Assembly (NCBI GenBank): GCA_002633005.1 | Contig: NMRA01000057.1 | Span: 659,296-723,295 of the forward strand | From: Phoronis australis | Taxonomy: Eukaryota > Animalia > Phoronida | Length of the DNA stretch: 64,000 nt | Direction: 5' to 3' | Shown: piece after piece, positions 51,333-62,100 of the stretch | How positions within the stretch are numbered: position 1 is the first letter of the stretch | How the letters are laid out: every line of letters starts with the position of its first letter | The notes under the pieces: model-generated | What the model was told of the DNA's origin: nothing | What the model saw: the letters and a program-made list of their open reading frames with translations, nothing else | The model's database searches: none | Position numbers and translations under genes: made by a program

Positions 51333-53642
51333 ATAACACTGCATGACTCCCAGGTGGCCGTGGACTCCATTGTTCAACATCGACAATCTGACATAGTGAC
51401 ACAGTGCTAGGGTGCCATTGCAACTGTTGGACACTTGGAGACTGGCAAACAAACTTAAACCATTGGTCATTGAGACATGACTCCTGGCGCCCTCTGACTT
51501 CACTGGTGCTCAGTCCACTAACGATACTATTAAACTGATGAGTGTACCCTTACTCCATTTTATGTATAGTAGGACTGCAAGTTGATGATAGGGGTCGCCT
51601 CTGTTGCTCATGACCAGTTGCCATTGCTTCATGGCAACTGCCCATTTACGACTTGTGAGCAATGTCCTTTCTAAATCAAGTTAACATAACCAGTGATGAG
51701 CAGTTTTCCTCTGGTTGCAGCCTCTTAATAATTATACAACTGGAGTTATTGTCTCTGTCAGAAACACAATTATAACAAGAATTCTTCGGTTTAAGACAAT
51801 TTGACAGACAAATAGAATTCTGTTTCATAAAATATTTGTCTTATAAACAAAACGAAAAGTTAAGAAAAGTTCAATTCATTGCTAACAAGCGCTTAGAACT
51901 GAACCACTATCATCAATCAAATCAACACAGAATTTGAAATTTTTAAGATTGCAGTGAGCCGTTGAAAACTAGAAAGTGTCAGTTTCGACAATAATGTTTG
52001 CCTTTGTCTGAAGTTAAAGAATTTTACTACAAGTGCCATTTAACCGATCTCCCCTTACATTTGTGAAAAATGGCATGATACAATGGAATTTATGTTCGTA
52101 CAGGAAGTAACTTTCTTGTGCCCTGTCAGCTTGCAGTTGTCAAATTTTATTATCTATGTCTCAACATAGAATTCATAGTACATGTGCAGTCGATTACTAA
52201 AACCAACTCAATTTGCCAGTTTAATGTTGGTAGCTATACACATGGAGTTGTAAACAAATTAAGACAAGGATTTGTTAAATGTGTGTTTGTGCTGTTTGTG
52301 GCTTTTTGGCTGTGATTAGGAATTTTAGTTATTTTCATGGCTGGAGTTGCCAGTTCAGACAGGCTGCTGGCATTCCTATGGTGATAGGATGTGTTTTTGG
52401 GGAGGAACACAAAATTATATTTTTTGTTAATTTTTCTGCTAACGGTAATTGCCTTCAGCTCACTGCTATGTCTATGTTACTAAATCAATATTCTACTGTG
52501 TCACACTTTAGCAATACAGATGACATGTCTCTGCGTACAGACAAGCTGTTTAACTGAAAGCTCATGTATCAAGAAGTGGTGTTTAATTTTAATACTGAAT
52601 ACAAACTACAGTGTAGTTTTTGTGATCTTCCTTGGGTTTGTACAGCCCGTGTAATGCTCCCACTGGTTATCGCTGCAGTAGATGCCACAGAATAAATCGG
52701 AAAAATGACCCAGAATTCTATATCATTGTCATAGAGCACTTACTAGTGGAATTTCCTGCCATGTTAATTGAGTGCACTGTGGAAATCACCCTCATAACAG
52801 CTGCAATAGTGGGTCATTTTATAATGGGAAACCTATTCTCCCATGTACTTGATTTTTGTAACATGCTTTGTAAAAATAAGACGCCAATACAGCTGCATCT
52901 GTTTTTCCTAGCTTAGTTTCAACATGAGTATTTGCCCTCTTGGTACTGACTTTTTCTCCTCAGATATCAATATCTACGTCACAAAGGTCATACTCGTGGG
53001 CTGTGCTGTTTACTGATTGTTGAACTTGATTCTTGGTTCTGCTATTGGAGGTAGAGGCCAAACTAAATATTTTAGAATTCAGCCATTTTGAAGACTTTAA
53101 ACATTCCTATGCTGTTAAATTTGATAATTTTGTTTGTGATTTTATAAGAACACTTTGCATGTTTTGGTATCAAAATTCCGTCCAGTTTATTTAATCTGTT
53201 CATTACTTAATGTACAGAAAAAAAATTCTTTTGGTGAATATACCTGTACAGTTTGAACAAAAGAAAATCAGTTTCCACATACTATAATTTTAATAACAGA
53301 ATTTTTAAAACTTGTGAGGTCTGGAAGACTAGAGCAGCGTTCGGTAGACCCAAGACACTGGCGAAGTAGAAATCTTTGCTTGTGAAAGGTATGTAGTGAA
53401 TTCTGCACCATAACTCAACATCCCAATCCCACCGTCTAATTACTTCAGTAACCGCTTTTTGCTAGGGTAGACTAGTAAGCTCTTCAGAATACTTGGGAAA
53501 CACTGACTGTTCACTCACGTGATTTTGCGTTATCTAGTACTTTTTACCAGTTTCTTGTGTCTGCGAACGCATCCTGGAACTTCTTTATCAATGTGATCGT
53601 AATAAGTCACGACATGCATTCTATTTTTATAACATTTCCGAT

Positions 53643-53688
53643 TGTAAATATTTGAAGCTGTAAATAATACGTTTTTCTTGTAAATAAA
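53643..53688 (+). terminator. candidate CSPP1 poly(A) region: three TGTAAATA elements and AATAAA
   Basis: TGTAAATA at 53643, 53659, 53679; AATAAA at 53683-53688; T/GT-rich sequence follows. Confidence 0.5.
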
Positions 53689-55167
53689 AGTTCGTGTCAA
53701 TATTTCGGTAGAACATATTGTTTTTCTTTATCTCTTGTCACTTCTGTTGTGCCCGCTAGCTCAGTGCTAAGTATGGAAACATCACACTTAATAAGGCGAA
53801 GTGAAGTTGAAGTTGCGTTAAACTCGTGCTTTCTACCAAAAAATAATAAGTTTTGATTTAGTTGGCCATTAGGGCCTACTGTGAGGAAATTGATCTCAAC
53901 TTGTCCCTTAGTCAAAATTGACCTGATTTCTGGATTTGGCAGCTGTGGTCAATTATTTCATCATTCCATAAGTCGGCGTCGTTTTATAGGGGAACACAGT
54001 GACAGAGCTCATATTGACGTTACCGACAAATCGCGGTGTGGCAATGTCGACGTGATGACCATGGCGGACATAGGCCTACCAAAGAACTTATGTTTCTCGT
54101 TACTTGTTCATAATCGTGTTCTGGAGAGCACATCTACCATGTTCAGTGTTGATAATATACTGATATATTGCTTATTTATGGCGATCTAATGAAATCTGGA
54201 TTCCTGTTCATGCAAACACAACTATGTCCTCAAAACTGCATCTGACGACAAGCTTGCCTGATATTCCAGATGTTTCGGACACATAAATTCACACGAAAAG
54301 CGTATGCAAGTCTGGTAATGGCTTCTGGTCACAATAAATGAGCGCTATAACATATGAAACGGAAGTACTAAGTCAACACCTTGGAGATTTGGCGTGTGTG
54401 CTATTTTACATTCTCAACCCTTTGCAAACATGGTATATATAGAATGAAGGTAGCAGAACAGCCGATTTTTATTAAACTTTCCTTCTTAGAAAAAATTTTA
54501 TTACACAATATGTAAGACGTGACTCAAAGTAAGATTTACAGTTACGTATAATAGGTGAACTTTGTTGAATTAAATGAGTTAAATATAGTGTCACAGTGCA
54601 CACAACAATTAAGACAAGTGACGTGTAAAGTTTACAGCAGCTGAAGAGAACACAATCCATGCGTTTAAAAGAAATTGCTCAATTGACAAGAATCAAATAC
54701 ATTGTAACACGTTTAAATTACAAATGGGTGAGTTACATTATGTACTTAAATACTGAAGGCCATTCACTACGCGATGCATATATTTAACGCGGCAAATTGC
54801 CATGAATATCACTCAGGTGGCATCAGCAATTACTGAAAACATGCAATCAAAAGGTTTAGAAACATTTATTTTAAGAGGTAGTGGTGAATGACGTACGTCA
54901 AATATCTGTTAATAAATTGAATATTTCTCTCTATAATGACTACACAACATTGGGGAGTGCTAAATTAGATTACCTTTTAGGTGTTAACACCCGCCCTAAT
55001 GAAATGTACTTTAAAATGTTAACTGACTGGATAGTCATAAGTGAAGTACCTGTATGTCGGCTTGTTCATCCTCCAATCAACGAATTGAACGGTAAGAGTA
55101 CTTTACGCCTGTATTGACATCACTTTTTACGTCTGCTCAGCCACAACGTGAAAACTTAGAGGAACGC

Positions 55168-55396
55168 GGGTCTGTTTCGTGATAAGGGAATTAAAGATAA
55201 CTCAGAAACCTCGTCTCACATTCCACACAACCCGTTTCCAAAATAATGTCAACTCAGCAAAGTACAAAGTCTCCAATATTGCCAATTAATCAAATAACAC
55301 TTAAGTTATTCCTAAAATGTGATATTGATAATTCCTTCGCATTTATGGTCTAAGAATGTAAGACTATATTCTGATGTTTTCATGAAACATGCACCC
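55168..55396. mobile_element. MITE family B copy
   Basis: gggtctgtttcgtga ... tcatgaaacatgcaccc inverted termini. Confidence 0.5.
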
Positions 55397-55694
55397 TGTC
55401 ATTTGAAGAACCACTTTGAAAGAATACCCTTAAGCAAAGACAATGTATTTGCATAGCGTTCTATTTTCAAAAAATATATACTTTTATAGAGCCAGTTTGG
55501 CTAAATGCACAATCTTGTAGCCAAAGTTCTACTTCATAGCATTGAAAGAACCTCCTTTACAACGGATACCTGATTTCTTTTGATAATGTCAAAATAATTT
55601 TACGCCTACTCAAATTTAAGGCAAAACCTTTCTGCCCTAGTTGATTTTTCAAGAATCGTAAAACACTGCTTTACGCCATTCAAACTTTTGTGAG

Positions 55695-55746
55695 ACACGC
55701 GCGCGCATGTACACGCACACACACACGCACGCACGCACACAAACGC
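55695..55746. repeat. (CA)n/(CGCA)n microsatellite
   Basis: direct reading. Confidence 0.85.
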
Positions 55747-55790
55747 AGCAAGTATTCCGCACTTCCCCAGAAAATCTAGACACCGTGCTT

Positions 55791-55796
55791 TTTATT
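55791..55796 (-). terminator. candidate polyadenylation signal of deaminase-lectin gene
   Basis: AATAAA on - strand about 350 nt after the stop, followed on that strand by a GT-rich microsatellite. Confidence 0.4.
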
Positions 55797-56142
55797 CCAA
55801 GCAAGAATATTTGTTTCCACAGGATAGCGAATGGATCCTAAATTGAAATCGTCGGAGTTTTGTTTCAGCTAAATGTATGTGTTTGTACATATTTTACAGC
55901 ACCAGATGAGCTATATTTTTCGCTAAGTGGGAAATTATGGCACCTTATCGGAAACAGCTTGGCTATATTGCTTAAATAGCCCTATGAATCCTCCAGAATG
56001 TTATGGTCATAAGACATCATCAAAACGTATTACAAAACGCCTCATTATTAATATTACTGTCACAAAATCGACTCAATTTTGATTTTAGCCATTCTATTCG
56101 CCAAATTCGGGTCCAACAACTTTAAATGAATCGCAGTTCAAA

Positions 56143-59100
56143 CTAGCCTTTTCTCCTCCAAAAGAACTCGATGTTGTTTTCAACAGACGCATCCCTCATA
56201 CGTTTCAAAGACATTTTCTCAACCACAACTCTGTTAACTGCCTTCCGAAATTCCTGTTCATTTTCAAAGGTGCTTTCCATTTTTTTCGCTACTTCGGCTA
56301 CTTTCTCGACACTAGTTTTTGGAAATTTTTTACTAAGTTTTTCCAGCGCCTTTTCCGTATTTTGTCCTTTAAACAGCTTCGAGAAAAAAGAATGCCAGAG
56401 ACCGTCCGACAAGTAATCCTTTTTCGAGTAGATTTGGTCGAAACCCACAATGCACGTCACGTGATAACTAGTCTTCCACTCTTTACATTCTTTGGCAAGG
56501 TATTCTATACAGCTCATTGCATCACTTGCTGCGTGACGGGTGCAGGGTGAGTTTTTCGTAAAGATAAACAGTTTGCAAGGGGACTCATTACTGCAAGATG
56601 TAAACTTATCTGGTTTGATTTTTTCCACCAGGTGTCGCTCAGTATGTTTCATATTTTCTTTTCCTTTAGATTTGTCTTTGTTCTCCGGTATATCACTTAT
56701 GCTTATCTTGTCCTTGTGTTCAAATTTTCCATTGCGTTTGATTCCAATTACGCTGTATTGATTATTATAACCAACGTTTTTCAATAATTCGTCAAAATCT
56801 GAATTCTCGTCAAATATTTTACCGTCTTCCGGTTTTCTTAAATACGCATTGAAATCTTCCAATGCATCACTTGATTCCTGCGAATCTGTGTTACAGAGTT
56901 TCTTTCCACCACTACCTCTGCGAATTCTACACAATATTTTTTTGTTGGGGATCTTACGGTGCTTTATTCCTTTAACAGCGTCTTCGCCACGTCTGGCCAA
57001 GTCGTCAAATTTCGATTTCAATTGAAACTTAAACTGCTCACCAATAGACTTGGTTTTCGCTAGCAATCGACGTGGCAAATTCTTCAGTAGCCGCTTTAAA
57101 TTGTAAGACCATTTTCCAGGACTACTTTTCAACACTAGACGCCCAAGCCTTTTCCCGTGCGTTTTCACAGAACGAACGCTTGATTTCAGAATGGCCTTGA
57201 TGCCTGTTAATGATGACTTGAGGTGTAACTTCATTGCCGAAATTGAACTTTTTATTTTCAACTGGAAAGTGTGTTTCAAACCATTCCTCGCTAAATTTTT
57301 GAATCCATACTTAACGCTCCCAATGGATTTCTTAATCATGGCCTTTCCGACTTTGAGCACAGCCTTTAAGCCTACTTTTACGCCATATTTCATTCCTGTT
57401 TTTATTCCATGTGCCAATGCAGCGGCTGTACCTCCACTCAGCAAAGTTACGACATCCATCGCCAAGTCTATAGCAAAGTTTTGCAGTGCTTCTTTTGTTA
57501 CTTCTGGACAATCTTTGGCGGAATAAGCAACCGCCCTGAATAGATTATAAAGCCAACTTATGATGGGAATGGCGCCAATAACCTGTGAAGCTGTCTCTTC
57601 GCCTTTGTCATAGCATCTGGTGCAGCGCATCAATTTGTCATCTTTATAATACGCAGATTCTGTAAACCAAGTCCATTTCTGTGCCTTTGAATTTTGACGA
57701 TCCGCAACTCTGACTTTTCCGCCGGAAGCTTCCAAGAACTTTGAACCATACAGCCAGTGCTTTATTTTTCCGTTAAGCATCATCTCCCAATGCTGGCGTG
57801 GTTCATGCGAGTATGTTGGTTCAAGAGTCAGCGCTAAGTTTGACGTCACTGACAAACTCTTACGCTCAGCAATATTGATAAGATGATCGTTTCGGATAAG
57901 CCAGAGCATTCCTGGCTCAATTTTAATCTTACTGTTCACAACTTTAACTTGTCTACTTTTCGTGGTCAGGAGATCACAGCTTTCATATTCACTCCTGATG
58001 ATGTAACGATCTATTGTTTGGCTGGAGATGCAGTGAAGTCGGTTCGGGTTATCTAACCCATCCTTTACACTCACGAATACCCAGCTTTGATATGATTGAC
58101 TATACCTGGACAACACGGACATGAACACACCTCCGTGATCATGTGAGAAAGTAATACCGCTACTAGGATAACCCTTCAACGTGATTTTTGCGTTCTCGTA
58201 AGACCACTTGTCAGGCGACTCCGGTAGTAGTACAATCGTGTCGTAAGAAACTGAAAGTGAATGTGCGGTTCTGGCATTGGTTATTCTATCGCCATTCCAG
58301 TACCAAAGCTGACTATGCAAATTGCTGGTATTCAAAGGTCGAAGACGAACTTCCATCTCACTATCTACGGCAGTCAACAACTCACATGGTTCCACAGATG
58401 ACTGTATGAAAAAGGGACAAAAGACATCTTCAAGTGATGCACTTTTTATATCTATGAACTCCCAGCGGCCCGGTTGCTTCGTGTTACAACCAGCACTTGC
58501 GACAATATTTTGACCGATCTCAGTGCTAGAAAGGAAACATGATCTGTCGAAGAAGCTCTGAATAGAAAAAGAACCACTCGTCGTCGCACTCCATCGCTGG
58601 CGAAACGAGAAAGCGTGCTCGTTCCACATTGTGACTTCAAAGTGGCTATCAGGCAAATGTTCTGAAACCATCAGCACAAGACCGCTGCCGGCATTCACGA
58701 TGTGGTTGCGACGGATAAACCAAAGCTGATTGTTGATATTAGTATTGTCTAAACGTTTGAAGACCGGTGAAGTACCTTTATCTGTCCCAGTCAGAACAAC
58801 ACAAGGTCGTTCGCTGTGTTGCAACAAAAAATACTTTTCAGGACTGATTAATTCTGAGCATGACAAAAAGTCAGAGAAGTTTCGTTTCAGATTGACAAAT
58901 ACCCATCGTGTGTTTTCCATACTGCCATCTCTACGCACCACCGCACGTCCGTCGTTGTTTGGGTCAAATCCAAGAGCACCAGAGTATCTCGACTGCATAA
59001 CAATTCTCTGCGTTGATTGTTGGTAGAACATAGTAGCATTTAAGCTCGGGTTTTTTCTCAGCGTCACCACATCATCAGAGAACGAAACCTGGAGACCGCT

Positions 59101-62100
59101 GTTCAAGTGCACCAAGCCATGATTTTTCCAGAAGAAAACTTGAGATACAAAGAGGTCGTCGACCAGAGGACGAACTTTCATAGTTCCGTATCCGTCATTA
59201 TTCGTGAACCCTGTCAAAACCTCACAAGGTGAAGTATGACTCTGTATTACATACATGCACACAATACTTCCGATGTCACCCAAACCTTCATCTGCGTTGA
59301 CAAGCAACCATTGACCAGTGCTTGATTCCTGATTACATGTCAGAATTAAGGCACCGTCTACTTGTTGACTGTGAAGAACGCAGTTTACCTTATCATGTAC
59401 AGCATGTACTAACTCACCGTCACTCATAGCAACGAACTGTTGTGTTTTGTATTTTTGAGTCTCTGCAAGAAACACAGAGTTTGTTTCACTGTTAACCTCT
59501 ACGGAAAGAGCTTGTTCGACGTTGATCAAATGCCCGTACTTAAAGTACCAAAGCTGCCGTTTAACAATTGATTCGTCAAAACTTTGAAAGGCGATGTTTA
59601 ACCCGTCCTCTGATGCAGTGAGCAGCATGCACGGGTCACCAGAGTACTTAATAAAGGTAAAGTGTTCGCCATTATTCATTGGACAAGAAAGTGAACTGGG
59701 GTTGTCTAATGCCCAGCCATACTCTAAATAATTCCATTTCTGTAATCTGATTGGAGAAGTTTCCTGAGAAACAACTATTCTGCCATCGGAGAGAATGGAT
59801 AAAACTTTCTCATTTTGTCCAGCGGGTTTAATGGTGTTGCCATCAAGTCTCCACGCTACAGACGACAACTTGTTCCCTTTTGACCTAAGAACAACCTCAT
59901 CGCTATGATCGGGAGTATCTAGGGCTAGCCAAAGTCCGGTGTACAAGTTCACGATTTCGCCCTTGTAAATAAGCCACAATTGTTCATGTGCCTGTCTATT
60001 TGAGAAAGGTGCCATGGCCACCGCGTGGGATGAGGAGTCAGCAGTCAATACTTCGCACGGTGGATCTTGTGTCTGGATGAAATAGTAACAAAGTGCGCGC
60101 CGTAAGTAGGCGCCATCTCGGTCAAACGGGATAACCTCCCACTGTTTCTCTATTGCTTGTTCACCAGAAGCCAACATCTGTTTTAGCGACACGTTTGAAG
60201 GATCTGGAAGTAGTGAGAATGTTTGGTTTCCAATCTTTAGGAAAACTGTTTGTTTTTCAATTATCCAATCTTCATTTTGAACACCAGTAGAACCTGAGAA
60301 TTTTCGTGGAAACAACATGATGTCAGCAATTCTTTGGCCTGAGCCGTAATTCACAAGCTGACTACTTTCCAAATACCAAAGCTGATGCGGTAAATTTTCG
60401 TCATCGAAGTCCTGAAGGACTGCTTCGTCTCGATTCGAGTCGTAGCCAAGAACTTTGCAGTCGACATTTCGGCTTCGAAGAAAGAACAGAGACATAGATC
60501 GTGTACATTTTTGGACGTAGTCGTTAAAGTCGATGGTTGTAAAATTTTCAACGGTGTTGTTTAGGACTTCGTTAGTGATGACATTCACCAGTTTATCTTG
60601 TTGATAGTGCCACAGGTACTTGGAAACAACGTTTCTGGCATGATGCGATGAGGGTAGCATGCTTTTGTCATTCGCTCTCATAATGTCACCGCACGCGGGT
60701 TGTCTTTGAGGCAATATGTACAGGCAATGTGCAAATTCCACGAAATTATTGTTGTAGTATGAGGATGAAATCCATCTAGAAGGAAGCTCTTCTCGTTTGC
60801 ACGATAACCTGACAGTGCTTTCTTCGGAAGATTGAAGAAAACATGGCATGCCCTCATTATACGTTTGAATGAGCCCGTCGACGAAATTGAATTGATGTTG
60901 TTGACCACCCTTTTTTACAACGAATTTATCGCTATAATTTGCATTAAACATTTTTCCGCCTTCTGAATACCAGAGACACGACAGAGGGTGTTCAGAATCG
61001 AAAGACTTTTCTACCAATACCGCAGCGTGATCTTTCAGAACTGTAAAGGTAATTACAGGAGTAGATGATGCCGTGCCAATGACGGCTGCGGTCAGTAGCA
61101 TAGCTTTTGCCCAATTCCCCTTTCCTTGTCGGTGAAGATAAATGCCAGTTAGCAACAAAGATCCTACTGCTACAGAGGTTAACGCCAGTATGCCAGCTGC
61201 AATAGGAAGAGCAATATAAGGGGCGCCATCTATTTCTGTAACGCATAAAACCGTACACGAACGGTTAGAACTTTTCAAAGCAAAGTAGTTTCCATTTCCA
61301 CATTTAGGTGTCGCCTTTTTTACGTCCACAAAGTCCCACGATACGTTGTAATTAGATGTGGGCGTTGTTGCTACAGCGTTATTTGGTAATGCCTTGAGAT
61401 TTACCGTTCTGCCTAGCGTATGTGCCTGCAACTTTTGTTCTTCGTAAGTCCAATCCTTAGAAACAGTACTGCTTACAAATACCTTTCGATCGGTTGCAAC
61501 TAAATACATATGAGATTTTGCATTTCTAAGAAACGTATTGTCCCAATACCACAGCTGTTCATGCACGACAGTTTCTGTAAACGGCCCTAACGTGACATTT
61601 TGTCTCCCAGTTTGTTGGAGGACTAAACACTTATTATGGAGTTGAATAACAAACATACAGGCGACGGTTTCGAATTCTTCTACTGCAGTAGCAAAAGAAA
61701 CAAAATTCCACGACTGTGAAGAGCGTTTACAATTTGGTTGAAGACGAACCCCGAGTCTTCTTTTTGTGACTTCAACGTAACAGTTGCCTTGGATTTTATC
61801 TTGAATGACAATGGTTGTGTTACGCTTGAATAGGTTTACCCCGCCAGGGTTGTCAGACATAGCATTTGCCGATAGTCGGCTTACGCTAACGTACAATCCA
61901 TTGCCAAAATTTCGTAAAGAACCGTTCTTCCAAGACCACAGCTGGTAAATAAGTTTGCTTTCACCGTAGGTTTCCATGGACATAAAGTTCTTCCCACTCC
62001 TCTTTATTGACGTTAAAAGTTTGCAGGGAAATTCGGAATTCTTAATAAAGAAAATGTCCCTCGACTGATCACTAAGGCTCAGGTCTCGCCTCATCCTGTG

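Noticed and set aside
53881-54400. CpG-richer patch with ATGGCGGAC and CGGAAGT as a possible small gene or immunity partner between CSPP1 and the toxin-like gene
   Set aside because: No convincing ORF, splice pattern or recognisable protein; insufficient support.
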